Shown here: positions 1-10,224 of the stretch, piece after piece | How positions within the stretch are numbered: the stretch's first letter is position 1 | Layout: each line of letters begins with the position of its first letter | Virus record (IMG/VR): IMGVR_UViG_3300025626_001351 | Location: 5,816 to 69,815 of that record | Reading direction: 5' to 3' (one strand) | DNA from: a virus | Length of the DNA stretch: 64,000 bases | Position numbers and translations under genes: made by a program | Notes under the pieces: model-generated | What the model was told of the DNA's origin: nothing | What the model saw: the letters and a program-made list of their open reading frames with translations, nothing else | The model's database searches: none

Positions 1-1
1 A

Positions 2-676
2 CATTACAAACTTATATCCTTCTAATTGCATTCTGATAAATAAATCCATATCGTCAAATGAAGCGGGTGCGAATAGTGGGTCGTTACCACCTATCCATAT
101 ATAATCTTCAGTCTTACAAAAGAAACCAGCCCCACCACCTTTTCTAACACGCGTTTCATCCATTGCCGCAAGCTTTTGAGCCCACTCATCAAACCACTCT
201 TTATCAAAGTTGTGGTGGAATTCTCCAAACTCATCAGTTGATACAAATACAGTACCAGGTCGGTAATCAGGGTCATTAGGGAATATTTTAGGTTGAATTC
301 TAAATGATGATGCGATTATTCTATCAACCCCATCACCCTCTTCTATAATCTTTTGTAGTTCAATATCTTGATTTGGTGCAATCCACATATCTGCATGGAT
401 TATATTTACATATTTAGTAGTTACTTTTGATACACAAAAATCCATCCCACCACCTATTCCTCGTGGGACATCGTTATGTTCTATAAAACCTTTTAAATTT
501 TTGTCTACTTGTAATCGATTCAGTAACCATGCATCTGTACCATCGGTACAATTTTCTGCGTGAATTACAATTGGTTGGTCTTTATAGTATGCGTTTTTTC
601 TAATTGACTCATATGCTAACATTACATAGTTCAAATTATTATTTGATGAGATACAACTTGTTATAGGGCTTTCCAT
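2..676 (-). CDS. GT2-family glycosyltransferase, 3' end runs off the window (missing from ORF track)
   Basis: Hand translation from ATG at 676: MESPITSCISSNNNLNYVMLAYESIRKN..VIHAENCTDGT..GIGGGMDF..NIIHADMW..IGGNDPLFAPASFDDMDLFIRM. GT-A motifs present; frame open to the window edge. Confidence 0.8.
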   Translation of the reverse strand, partial: MESPITSCISSNNNLNYVMLAYESIRKNAYYKDQPIVIHAENCTDGTDAWLLNRLQVDKNLKGFIEHNDVPRGIGGGMDFCVSKVTTKYVNIIHADMWIAPNQDIELQKIIEEGDGVDRIIASSFRIQPKIFPNDPDYRPGTVFVSTDEFGEFHHNFDKEWFDEWAQKLAAMDETRVRKGGGAGFFCKTEDYIWIGGNDPLFAPASFDDMDLFIRMQLEGYKFVM

Positions 677-1611
677 ACGTCTGTCCATTTATATGTTTTA
701 GTTTGTTTCATAAAATTGTAAGCATTATATTTTGAATATTCACTTGCTATTTTATACCAATCATTGGATTTTCTTTGTGCGTTTATATCAAGACCAACCT
801 CTTTATCTACATAACTTCTCTTTCGTGGGTGTTCTCTATTGTGTACTAACAATATATTCTTTACAATATACAACGGAATTTGGTTATTTCCAAACATTAG
901 TAGCATTTTATTCATTATTGCTGTATCTTCATGAGTAAAGAATGTTGATTTTGGTATATTAACACCACTTTTTACTAAATCTGATGACATTATTAACCCA
1001 CATCCATTAAATTTATAGTCATAGGTAGCTTCAATCATTGGTGATTCAACATTTGAGTTTATCTCTTCCATTTTATCATAACCCATATAACATCTTGTTC
1101 CATACCATGCGTGTGGGTCTCTTGGTAAGTCTGTTAGTTTAGGATGTTCCAATGGTTTCCACGAATCATCCCACATTTTACAAGTAGAGAAGAAACCTAA
1201 CCATTTAGGAGTATCATCTTTTACAGCTTCTTGTAGTGATAATATTGATTCAATACATTGAGATGGTACTAGCATATCAGATTCACCCCAAAACAATACA
1301 TCTGTTAATTCAGAGTATTTTTCATTGAAATCTCGTCTATAATCTGCGATAGTATATAAATCACCTTCTGTTCTATATGTAATTTGATAACCTTTAAGCT
1401 TGTATTGATTACACACTCTGATATACTTTTCCATAATATAAGTTAGCATATCAACTTCGTCAGAACATTTTTCTAAATCTTGATTTGTGACCATACACAT
1501 ATCAATCAAAACTTTATCCTTTTGGCCACCTATTGATTTGATTAAAGAATCTAAATATTCTTCAAACATTTCAATCTCGTACCATTGTACTAAACAACCA
1601 GCTGCTACCAT
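661..1611 (-). CDS. Putative GT-A fold glycosyltransferase
   Basis: Track ORF 661..1638; start moved to ATG 1611, which overlaps the upstream stop. DVLFWGESDMLV is a DxD-like motif, FFTHEDT is acceptor-loop-like, and the gene sits in a glycan cluster. Confidence 0.55.
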   Translation of the reverse strand: MVAAGCLVQWYEIEMFEEYLDSLIKSIGGQKDKVLIDMCMVTNQDLEKCSDEVDMLTYIMEKYIRVCNQYKLKGYQITYRTEGDLYTIADYRRDFNEKYSELTDVLFWGESDMLVPSQCIESILSLQEAVKDDTPKWLGFFSTCKMWDDSWKPLEHPKLTDLPRDPHAWYGTRCYMGYDKMEEINSNVESPMIEATYDYKFNGCGLIMSSDLVKSGVNIPKSTFFTHEDTAIMNKMLLMFGNNQIPLYIVKNILLVHNREHPRKRSYVDKEVGLDINAQRKSNDWYKIASEYSKYNAYNFMKQTKTYKWTDVWKAL

Positions 1612-2429
1612 AATGTATCTCTTGGAATTCCTTCCCAACCAGGATTAGTTTCTGAATCTATTACCCACGAAACACCCTGCTTCTGTAACCATTGGTAAAT
1701 ACCTTTAGTTGCGTTTGCTACTGATTTGATTTCCCTTGGCCCCATTGATGTTTTTGCATAAACAATCTTTTCATGTTCATTACCATAGAAGTGTTCTTGG
1801 AATACTCGTTGTGTATCGTCTTCAGTACCTTTTTCAAAAGATGACAAGTCACCAATGTCCCAACCAACTGTTACTATTTTTCTAACACCTAAGTATAAAC
1901 AAAGTGGTATAGCCATTTCGTACATAATACCTGGCCCCCATGGTTGATTCATACCATATTCGGGGTGGTCTAATTTCATAGAATCCCAATCTTCCATTTC
2001 TGACAATGAATGAATCATTTTATTTGGGCCTACACCACCACCAACGTTTGGATTGTTTCTAAATATAGGAATGAATAAGTCTGATTCTAAATTATTATCG
2101 AATATCATTTGTGGATGAAATTGTTCAAATATTGCCCAAGTAACAATTGATTTATTATTTGTCCAATCGTATGGTGCAAAGTTACACCAATTTAGTAGAT
2201 GGAAATCTGCTACATCTTTTAGAATATTATATGATTGTTTGATTGGTAAACAAAGTTTATCTTCCATAAACTCGTTTAAAAATTCAGTATCATATTTTTT
2301 TAATGATGGGCCCCCTGCTATTATGTACGCAGTTTCATCTTTGTATTGATTTTTTAATACCTCTAAACGTTCTTGTGGTTCTTCTAATTTTAGAAGTTCT
2401 TCTCGTAACTTACTTGTTTGTAACTTCAT
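1605..2429 (-). CDS. Maf/DUF115 (MptE-like) family putative ulosonic-acid transferase
   Basis: AYIIAGGPSL and AIPLCLYLGVRKIVTVGWD motifs typical of Maf/DUF115 proteins. Confidence 0.65.
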   Translation of the reverse strand: MKLQTSKLREELLKLEEPQERLEVLKNQYKDETAYIIAGGPSLKKYDTEFLNEFMEDKLCLPIKQSYNILKDVADFHLLNWCNFAPYDWTNNKSIVTWAIFEQFHPQMIFDNNLESDLFIPIFRNNPNVGGGVGPNKMIHSLSEMEDWDSMKLDHPEYGMNQPWGPGIMYEMAIPLCLYLGVRKIVTVGWDIGDLSSFEKGTEDDTQRVFQEHFYGNEHEKIVYAKTSMGPREIKSVANATKGIYQWLQKQGVSWVIDSETNPGWEGIPRDTLW

Positions 2430-2431
2430 TA

Positions 2432-3013
2432 CTATATATTAGTATTTTTAAAATATATGTCAGCGTGACTTGATGCAATCTTGGCTATACTTGTCTGTTC
2501 AAATCCAACTGATTTAAGAAAACTGACTACATCTTCGGCTAACTTTTGACCCTTATACCATTCTTCGTATTCACATTCACATTTTATATGATGTGTTTTT
2601 TTTAATATTTCTTTAGCTCCTTGTAAGATTTCATACTCAGAACCCTGTGTATCCATTTTGAGAAAGTCTATATGAGATAAATGTCCTAATACATTGTCCA
2701 TTGTATCCGCGTTAACCTGTATTTTCTTGTAATTTATCAAATCTCGTCTATTTAAAACAGCAGTATTTGGTTCTCTTAATGACGAACAATTTCTTTTTTG
2801 AGTTAGATAAAAGTCAAAAGTTCCTTTTTTGTCCGATAATGCTGTATCATATATTGTGATATTATTGTGATTTCCATACTTGTTATTCAGGTCACTATAA
2901 AAGTCAGGATGACATTCGAATAAATATATTTCATCTTTGTTAATATCGTCAACACCATAACTTGAAGCAGGAAATCCAGATGCGCCTACATCTACTATAA
3001 TTCTTTTATCCAT
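2432..3013 (-). CDS. FkbM-family SAM methyltransferase
   Basis: IVDVGASG, YLFECHP and IDFLKMDTQGSEYEILQGA motifs. Track start 3025; ATG 3013 preferred. Confidence 0.85.
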   Translation of the reverse strand: MDKRIIVDVGASGFPASSYGVDDINKDEIYLFECHPDFYSDLNNKYGNHNNITIYDTALSDKKGTFDFYLTQKRNCSSLREPNTAVLNRRDLINYKKIQVNADTMDNVLGHLSHIDFLKMDTQGSEYEILQGAKEILKKTHHIKCECEYEEWYKGQKLAEDVVSFLKSVGFEQTSIAKIASSHADIYFKNTNI

Positions 3014-3407
3014 TTGTGATTTCATTAAATTGTTTCAAAGTTTGTTCCCATGATTCAAACCTAATTCCTCTGTCATCTATATAACAGAGTGCTCTTGGTT
3101 TTTCACAAGTTATTTCCTTTATATAAGTATCAATCTCATATTTAGTTAACCACTCCCAAATTAACTCTTCTCCACTTTTTCCATTTACAAGTGGTCTATC
3201 TGGTTTTACTTTAGCAGTAAATAAAACTATATCATACCCTTCAGATTTAAACCATTTGATAGCTTCGATTGAACCTTCAATTGGTGGGTCATATACAGTT
3301 CCATCGTGAAATCCTTTTGAATTACCATGAACAACTCCATCAAAGTCTATTGCAACTTGATGATTATTTTCGTGGTGTTGTAATTTATCGTAATCTGTTA
3401 TTATCAT
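3006..3407 (-). CDS. HAD-superfamily phosphatase
   Basis: VAIDFDGVV (motif I), LFTA (motif II), EKP..YIDDRG (motifs III/IV). Track start 3437. Confidence 0.8.
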   Translation of the reverse strand: MIITDYDKLQHHENNHQVAIDFDGVVHGNSKGFHDGTVYDPPIEGSIEAIKWFKSEGYDIVLFTAKVKPDRPLVNGKSGEELIWEWLTKYEIDTYIKEITCEKPRALCYIDDRGIRFESWEQTLKQFNEITNG

Positions 3408-4225
3408 AATACTGCTCTTCCTTTCATTTGTTCCCAATCTCTATGTTTTCTAACGTTGTTGTTAGTTTCTTGAACTGCACATAGTACATTGTCAATTGTG
3501 TTTAAGTTCTCACTTAAATAAAGTATTGCTGCTAAATCTTTTGGCAAACAATGTCCACCAAATCCAAAATCCCCATCTGGCCCTGGTACATTCCAATGAG
3601 ATTTTCCTAACCTATCATCTAATGTTGCATATTCTACAACTTTATCATAATCAACATTGAGTTCATTACACAATGAATACATTTCGTTTGCGAATGATAC
3701 TTTAGTAGCTAAAAATGTATTAGTTAAATACTTCACCATCTCAGCATGAGTTGAATCTGTTTTGATTATATGTGCCTTTGGGAATACTTTTGAAAATATA
3801 GTTTTCAATTCAGTAGTTGCAGGTCTTACACCACCTAATATAATTCTATCTTGGTTCTCATAATCAGATACAGCATTTGCCTCTGTTAAGAACTCTGGAT
3901 TAAATACTACACTCATGTTTGGGTATAGTGAGTTTAATCTAGCAGTTGTACCAGGTGATACAGTTGATTTAATTACCACAGTCTTTGTAATACCAAATTC
4001 AAAACATCTTTTGATTACAGATTCTACTAAAGAAGTATCACAACTACCATCTGATTTCATTGGAGTTGGTAAACACACAAATACAATTTTGTTATCTAAT
4101 GTTTCTTGTTCAGATGAATTACATTTAGATGAATCTAAGTCATATGTTGAGATATCATAGTAATTTTTAAACTTTTGGTAAACTGCATTACCAACAAACC
4201 CTTGTCCTATAATCCCTATTTCCAT
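3404..4225 (-). CDS. ugd: UDP-glucose/GDP-mannose 6-dehydrogenase family (short form lacking C-terminal domain)
   Basis: GIIGQGFVG, VCLPTP, IKSTVSPGTT, FNPEFL, AEMVKY, GFGGHCLPKD. Confidence 0.85.
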   Translation of the reverse strand: MEIGIIGQGFVGNAVYQKFKNYYDISTYDLDSSKCNSSEQETLDNKIVFVCLPTPMKSDGSCDTSLVESVIKRCFEFGITKTVVIKSTVSPGTTARLNSLYPNMSVVFNPEFLTEANAVSDYENQDRIILGGVRPATTELKTIFSKVFPKAHIIKTDSTHAEMVKYLTNTFLATKVSFANEMYSLCNELNVDYDKVVEYATLDDRLGKSHWNVPGPDGDFGFGGHCLPKDLAAILYLSENLNTIDNVLCAVQETNNNVRKHRDWEQMKGRAVL

Positions 4226-5925
4226 GATGTTACCATTGTTTCAACGATTTCAATATCTCCTGGATAGTCTACTGCGTGTGATACACTGTCAACCATTACC
4301 ATTTTTACTTTATGTCCCATCTCTATAAATCTATCAATCTCAATATCTTCTTCAAATTCGAGTGGTGTCTTTTTACCATAATCGGCAAAGTCTTTTAGAT
4401 GTTCTCTGTTGAATCCATAGATACAAACTTGTTTTAGTGGATTATTAGTCTTACCCTGCTTTGTTCCTGGTAACGGACTTCTTGAACACCAAATCAACTC
4501 ATCATTTAAATTTGTGATTACTTTTGGTATTTTTGGGTCTTCAATATCTTCATGTGGATTCAAGTAAGCCATACAATTTATTATATGGTCAGGATAATCC
4601 ATCTTAGCTTGAATAACCTTATCAATGTCTTTTGGTGATAACATAGGTTCATCACCTTGAACATTAATAATAAAATCTGCGTCTATTTCCATTGCTGCTT
4701 CTGCAACTCTATCTGTACCTGTTGGACATTCGTCTGAGGTTAAGATTACGTTTAAACCATTGTTTTTTGCAACATCAACTATTTCCTCGTTTTCTGTTGC
4801 TATGTAAATATTATCTTTACCTACCATTGATTTTTGACATAATTCAGCGACCCAAAGAATCATTTCTTTTCCATGAATCATTGCAAGAGGTTTACCAGGA
4901 AATCTTGATGATTTATATCTCGCTGGAATAACGATAGCAACTTTAGGTTTTGTAACCTCTTCAAGTTTGGTACTATCAAATGATTGTGGGTCTGATATAT
5001 CAAGTAGTACATCTTGTATTCTATTAGGATGTAGGAATGATTGTTGTAAATTTTGTGGATATAATGGGTGAATGTGTTTTAACCCACTAACCATATAGTT
5101 GTGTGTAAAGCCCCATTTGTATTTTTCCATCAAAGGATTCATCCAATCAGATATAACCTTTTGTAAGGGTTTACAATCGTATGACCCCATACCCTCACCA
5201 TACTGAAAATATGTGACGAGTTGTTCAGTCTTTACATTTCCGACACCCCTACCCATTCCAAGTAAAGTACCATCCAACCAATATGCTCCTTCAGAGTAAC
5301 CAGCAAGACAATTAGCAAAAGCAAGACCAAGATTATCATGTGTGTGAATACCAATTGAATCAGAGCCTTTAAACAACTCAACTATTTCCTTTGTTGTATC
5401 AGGTGTCAATGCTCCATACGAGTCGGCAAAGTATAATGCCAATGGTTCTAATGTATTCATAGCTACGACAAACTCAGAAATCTTTCTATATTCTAATAAA
5501 GAAATACCCATTAAGTTTATTATTAATGAATATCCTTTAGATTTAATATATTTACCGATTTCGACAGAATGGTCTAACTCCGAATATTTTATAGCTAGAC
5601 GACAAATGTCAAATGGTGAATCTTTACTATCGTGGATAACGTCATCAATCAAAGAGAAATCTACTTCATCGTTTTTTATGAAATCTTTAGCATCAATCAT
5701 AAATGCTAATTGTAAATTCACCGGCTTTCTATAATCTAATACTTCCCAAATGAACCTATCGTTACACTTACGATATTTACCACCCTTAACAGGTGACTTG
5801 TAACCCATCTCCATTACTCCGACTCCCGAAAGTTGAAGGGCTTGAACTAATTCTTTGACCATTTGAGTTTCAAAGTTCCAATTGGTGTAATAACCACCAT
5901 CTCTTAATGTACAATCTAATATCAT
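4216..5925 (-). CDS. Fusion of HMGL-like (DRE-TIM) aldolase and CMP-Kdo synthetase (KdsB-like cytidylyltransferase)
   Basis: N-terminal LDCTLRDGG, FADSYG, GIHTHDNLGLA, GMGRGVGN. C-terminal (4216..4950) IPARYKSSRFPGKPL, TGTDRVAE, INVQGDEP, LEFEEDIE, VDYPGD. Track start 5970. Confidence 0.85.
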   Translation of the reverse strand: MILDCTLRDGGYYTNWNFETQMVKELVQALQLSGVGVMEMGYKSPVKGGKYRKCNDRFIWEVLDYRKPVNLQLAFMIDAKDFIKNDEVDFSLIDDVIHDSKDSPFDICRLAIKYSELDHSVEIGKYIKSKGYSLIINLMGISLLEYRKISEFVVAMNTLEPLALYFADSYGALTPDTTKEIVELFKGSDSIGIHTHDNLGLAFANCLAGYSEGAYWLDGTLLGMGRGVGNVKTEQLVTYFQYGEGMGSYDCKPLQKVISDWMNPLMEKYKWGFTHNYMVSGLKHIHPLYPQNLQQSFLHPNRIQDVLLDISDPQSFDSTKLEEVTKPKVAIVIPARYKSSRFPGKPLAMIHGKEMILWVAELCQKSMVGKDNIYIATENEEIVDVAKNNGLNVILTSDECPTGTDRVAEAAMEIDADFIINVQGDEPMLSPKDIDKVIQAKMDYPDHIINCMAYLNPHEDIEDPKIPKVITNLNDELIWCSRSPLPGTKQGKTNNPLKQVCIYGFNREHLKDFADYGKKTPLEFEEDIEIDRFIEMGHKVKMVMVDSVSHAVDYPGDIEIVETMVTSWK

Positions 5926-5978
5926 AGGAAATTTGTTAAAATTTTCTTTCGAACACACGATTCGTTCCAAAACGTGGG

Positions 5979-6602
5979 TTACACGAGGGTATCGTAATAT
6001 TCATTTTGTTTTTCTTGTTTAGCTATATTCTTATGGTGATATAATGCCAACCCCTCATCCCATGGTAAGTTTGACATAGTTTGGTAACCATCGAGTTTCT
6101 CGTGTACCTTGTTTATCCAACGAATATTATCTGAGTTTTTGTATAGTCTCCATTGAGGGTCTGGCCAATTAACCCAACCCTTTTCGTCTACCTTCCAACC
6201 CCATTTCTGAATATGAGAATCTGTTAAACCATCTACTGTATTTACTCTTGGGACTAAAATTACATCCATTGAGTTTGCTTCAAGTATATCTGAAAGGTTT
6301 GTGATTAGAATCTCATTTGGAATCTCATCTGCATCAATTTGGAATATCCAATCACCATTACACAAATCTGTAAGTTTATTCTTCCAATTAGCAAAGTGTC
6401 CATCAAACTCCCCACCATGCCAACTGAACTCAGCATTAACTGATTTTGCTCTTAGGAAATCTTCTACTGATTTAGAACCATTTTTAGAATCGTATAGAAC
6501 TACGATTTCATCTTCAGCTCTAATATACTTTTGTAAGAATGGTATGAGTTTTTGTATTTCTACAAACTCATTACATACTGTTATTGCGTAACTTATTTTC
6601 AT
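5979..6602 (-). CDS. GT2-family glycosyltransferase
   Basis: ISYAITVCNE, DWIFQIDADE, WPDPQWRLY, KVHE. Confidence 0.85.
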   Translation of the reverse strand: MKISYAITVCNEFVEIQKLIPFLQKYIRAEDEIVVLYDSKNGSKSVEDFLRAKSVNAEFSWHGGEFDGHFANWKNKLTDLCNGDWIFQIDADEIPNEILITNLSDILEANSMDVILVPRVNTVDGLTDSHIQKWGWKVDEKGWVNWPDPQWRLYKNSDNIRWINKVHEKLDGYQTMSNLPWDEGLALYHHKNIAKQEKQNEYYDTLV

Positions 6603-6606
6603 ATTT

Positions 6607-7116
6607 TTATACTATTGGTGTATCTTGATTTGTTTCTAAATTAACGTCATCTTTTCTAACTTGTGCTTCTCTACGTTGAACTGCTTTAGGGGCTATGACA
6701 TCATGGACTCCATAATCATAGTTGTAAACAGTAACAGTAGATATGTTTTTCTCAACTAAAGTTCTGTAACCTGGTTGGAGTTTTTTGTTTCTGATTTTTC
6801 CTAAATAGAATTGTTTTGAACTTTCATCCAATTGTAATTTAGTTAAGTCTAGCTTTTTGATTCGTGGAGTTTTACTATTGACTTCCATTAAATCTTCAGC
6901 TAATTTAATCATTTGTGCTGGTGGTATATGTTTTAAATCTAAACAATGGAAATATGTTTTAAATGCAGGTTGAAGAATAAATACGAAATAGTCTCTTGAT
7001 TTACCATCCACTTTCTTGTACCTAATCTTAGCCACCATACCACGTTCCAACTTTGATTTTGACAACCGAGTTGGGTCAGCTAAATTACTTCTATGTCTAC
7101 TTGTAAAATCTGCCAT
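6607..7116 (-). CDS. Hypothetical protein (weak resemblance to T4 gp2 DNA end protector)
   Basis: 169-aa basic ORF; FHCLDLKHIPP loosely recalls gp2 FLGLNLHYLPP. Confidence 0.3.
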   Translation of the reverse strand: MADFTSRHRSNLADPTRLSKSKLERGMVAKIRYKKVDGKSRDYFVFILQPAFKTYFHCLDLKHIPPAQMIKLAEDLMEVNSKTPRIKKLDLTKLQLDESSKQFYLGKIRNKKLQPGYRTLVEKNISTVTVYNYDYGVHDVIAPKAVQRREAQVRKDDVNLETNQDTPIV

Positions 7117-8384
7117 TACTTCTTCTTCAATTTAGGTAGTTTTAGTCCAACTTGTTTAGGGCCCTCACCTACTTTATTGTTAGTAAGTATTTCACCTAAT
7201 TTAGTTGACATCAATTCTTTGGTAAAATTAGTCTTTACATAGTGTCTGTTTTTACGAGACCTTTCAACACATTTCTTGTATTGTTCATATACTAATTTCA
7301 TTGTACCACTAGCTTTTCCATAATCGATAGTAAACCATTTAGACCCATCGATAATCCATTTATTTTGAGCAGACTTGTGAACAGGTTCTAATTGTCCATC
7401 AATCAAGAAGTTAAAATCTTTGTTCAAGAAATCAACATGACCTGACCAAGCTCCTGCTATAATAGGTTTACCACTCATACAAGCTTCTAACAATGGTCTC
7501 CCAAATCCCTCACCCCTTGTATATGAAACGTGAGCTTTCACTTTTGGATGATTGTATAATGAATTCATTTCTGAATCTGTTAAGTCCCCATCAAGGATAT
7601 AGATATTTGGTAACTTACTACCACCAACTTGCTCTCGTATCATGTCAACACGTTTTTGTATCTCATGTACATTTGTAATAGATGGAGCGACTATTGATGT
7701 TTTAAGTATCAATGCCGGTTGTACTTTTTTGTTTTTAAATGTAGTTAAGAATGAATGAACCAATGTACTTACATTTTTTCTATCGTGTCCCATATCACCA
7801 TTTAACCAATGACCTACAAATAAGAAACAAAAACTCTCCTTTATATTAGATAACTCTTTATTAATAGTTTCGTCAATTGGAGTTTTATTATTATATACGT
7901 TGGTGTCAAATCCTTCAAATAAAACTTGTACGGGTTTTTCTAATCTTAACTCACCAATCTTTTGGTTTGTCTTCTCATTTACTTTATCGTATACTGCAGT
8001 CAATGTTCTAGCTGAATGTTCCGATGATACAAGATTTAAATCCATCCTATTACATCCCTCAATGAACTCATACGATGCATCGGTAGTTTCTATTACAGCT
8101 GATACACCAATATTAAAATGACCTACTGCTTGAAACTCTGATGGGATTGTAATCTGAATCCATATATCTGGTTTAGTTTCCATCTTAGGTAAGAATCTAC
8201 CTATAAGGTCTTGGTCATCTTTCGTCAATGCGTTTTGAGGTGTTGACCCCCATCGTTGTGGTAGGATTTTAATATCCCACTCATCACCTTTTTGTTCTAT
8301 AAGAGCTCTTACGAAATCTCTACTTCTTGAACCATACCCACTTCTTGTAGCTATGGGACAACTAACTATACATAACTTTTTCAT
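7116..8384 (-). CDS. GT4-family (GT-B) glycosyltransferase
   Basis: SGYG, FLFVGHW, RKNV, TRGEGFGRPLLEA (EX7E). Confidence 0.85.
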   Translation of the reverse strand: MKKLCIVSCPIATRSGYGSRSRDFVRALIEQKGDEWDIKILPQRWGSTPQNALTKDDQDLIGRFLPKMETKPDIWIQITIPSEFQAVGHFNIGVSAVIETTDASYEFIEGCNRMDLNLVSSEHSARTLTAVYDKVNEKTNQKIGELRLEKPVQVLFEGFDTNVYNNKTPIDETINKELSNIKESFCFLFVGHWLNGDMGHDRKNVSTLVHSFLTTFKNKKVQPALILKTSIVAPSITNVHEIQKRVDMIREQVGGSKLPNIYILDGDLTDSEMNSLYNHPKVKAHVSYTRGEGFGRPLLEACMSGKPIIAGAWSGHVDFLNKDFNFLIDGQLEPVHKSAQNKWIIDGSKWFTIDYGKASGTMKLVYEQYKKCVERSRKNRHYVKTNFTKELMSTKLGEILTNNKVGEGPKQVGLKLPKLKKK

Positions 8385-8387
8385 ATC

Positions 8388-9833
8388 TTATATCTTGTGT
8401 ATATCAAATCTTTTTCTTGGTTTCCAATTACTAAAACATCCTTCAATAGCATCGATGAATTTCTCACCCATTCTTTCTGAAGCCATATCACCTTCACCAA
8501 TGACATATTCGTGTCCTAATAATCCACATTTTGTTCTTTCTTCCGCTTCCATATTCATCCAATAATCAATAGCATCAGTTATATCTTTATGACTTGCTCT
8601 GTCATCAAATATGTATGGTGTCATAGGTGAACCTTGTAGTGATAAATTTGATGGCCACACCGGCTTCACCCACTCACCCCAAGTCAGTTCATCTATAATT
8701 GGACTATCTTTGTCATGTAAAGAACCAATATCTACATAATCATCAGCTGTTAGATATTCCCATTGTTCATTCATACCTTTGGGAGCAACATTCCATTTGA
8801 ATCCACATTGGTCTTGTAATCCACCTGTGACATTAACTACTATTGGAGTACCTGCTCTCATTGCTTCACAACTTGCGAGACCAAATCCTTCATTAGATGC
8901 TATGTTCAAACAAATATCAGCTGAGTTGTACATTATATTTAGTTCTTCTGTACTATATTTTTTGTTGGTAAATTTGTAATCACCATACTCACCTATCATT
9001 TTAACTACTTCAGCGATATCCGTACCATTATCATCTACTGGTTGTGTATGTAATACTAAAACACATTTCTTGTCAGGATGTCGTTTAGCAAAGTTACTAA
9101 ATGATAATACTAAGTCACCTGGCATTTTTCTACGAATGTTTCTATTATTCCAAATGGCTACAAAGTCATGGTCTTGAATCCCAAGGTCTTTTTTAAACTT
9201 AACTACTGATTCATCATTCGCGTCTAATGGTTTGAATAATGGTGATACTCCATGTGGAATATATTTGTATGCCCAATCTTCTTTTACCATATTATACTTA
9301 TCGAGTACACGTTTGTTGATACCATATGTTTGCTTTGAAATACCAACAAGTAAATCACAACTAGCATAAAATGGTGCATTCCATTGTGGGTCAGGTATTG
9401 AATCCCAAATGTTATAGTACATAATAGGACATATTTGTCTTACCTCGTTCTCCATTTCATATAACCATCTCCAAAATCTTGGGTCGGTAAAATGTAGAAT
9501 AGCATCTGGCTTTTCAATATTAATTAATTCTCTTAAAACTTCAGGATTACCATACCCAGTATGAGCATATATTTTAAGATTTGCATCTTTAATACCATGA
9601 CTTTTTCTGACATCTTCCGATATATCAAATACCTTACCATGTTCAGGATGTTTTAAAGCTGCACCTAATTGTACCCAATCATACTTATGAAGGGTTGAAA
9701 TTACAATTTCTTTTGATTGTGTAGCTATACCACTATGTAATCTGAGGTCATCCGATAAAAGTAATATCTTTGGCTTTTTCGGAGAATTCGGGTCTACTTT
9801 TTTAAGAGTAGGTAGTTTTATCTTATCATTCAT
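8388..9833 (-). CDS. GT4-family (GT-B) glycosyltransferase
   Basis: ILLLSDD..SGIA, YIPHG, NRNIRRK, SNEGFGLASCEAM. Confidence 0.85.
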   Translation of the reverse strand: MNDKIKLPTLKKVDPNSPKKPKILLLSDDLRLHSGIATQSKEIVISTLHKYDWVQLGAALKHPEHGKVFDISEDVRKSHGIKDANLKIYAHTGYGNPEVLRELINIEKPDAILHFTDPRFWRWLYEMENEVRQICPIMYYNIWDSIPDPQWNAPFYASCDLLVGISKQTYGINKRVLDKYNMVKEDWAYKYIPHGVSPLFKPLDANDESVVKFKKDLGIQDHDFVAIWNNRNIRRKMPGDLVLSFSNFAKRHPDKKCVLVLHTQPVDDNGTDIAEVVKMIGEYGDYKFTNKKYSTEELNIMYNSADICLNIASNEGFGLASCEAMRAGTPIVVNVTGGLQDQCGFKWNVAPKGMNEQWEYLTADDYVDIGSLHDKDSPIIDELTWGEWVKPVWPSNLSLQGSPMTPYIFDDRASHKDITDAIDYWMNMEAEERTKCGLLGHEYVIGEGDMASERMGEKFIDAIEGCFSNWKPRKRFDIHKI

Positions 9834-9856
9834 TCGTAACTCGTTCTTTTATTTAA

Positions 9857-9864
9857 TATAAATA
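9857..9864 (-). promoter_or_regulatory. Putative late promoter TATTTATA (glycan operon)
   Basis: Recurrent intergenic octamer upstream of 9833. Confidence 0.6.
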
Positions 9865-9879
9865 TACAAAAAATAATTA

Positions 9880-10224
9880 TTAAATCCTATTATATTCATC
9901 TGAAATTCTGACTATATCATCTTCTCCAAAGTAAGTACCAGTTTGTACTTCTATGAACTCCACAATCTCATCTGTTTCATTCCATGCTCTATGCCTAGAA
10001 CCTAATGGTATTTTTATACTTTCACCATACGACCTAAATACTTTTTCGTCATCTAATATAATTGTTAGATTACCTTTTGTAACAATCCAATTCTCTTGTC
10101 GTTTATGGTGGTATTGGTACGATAATTTTTGGTTTGGATTTACCGTAATCTTTTTTACTTTACATTCAGTCCAATCATAAAGTATTTCATATTTACCCCA
10201 AGGTCTTTCTTCTATTTTTCTCAT
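9880..10224 (-). CDS. Cupin, mannose-6-phosphate isomerase type II C-terminal domain
   Basis: RPWGKY, LSYQYHHKRQENW, HRAWN, IEVQTGTYFGEDDIVR. Confidence 0.85.
   Translation of the reverse strand: MRKIEERPWGKYEILYDWTECKVKKITVNPNQKLSYQYHHKRQENWIVTKGNLTIILDDEKVFRSYGESIKIPLGSRHRAWNETDEIVEFIEVQTGTYFGEDDIVRISDEYNRI

Noticed and set aside
91-276. 61-aa track ORF
   Set aside because: Out of frame within the GT2 gene 2..676.
3404-4225. ugd as a truncated pseudogene
   Set aside because: Catalytic motifs intact, clean coupling to neighbours, and short forms of this family occur in phages.
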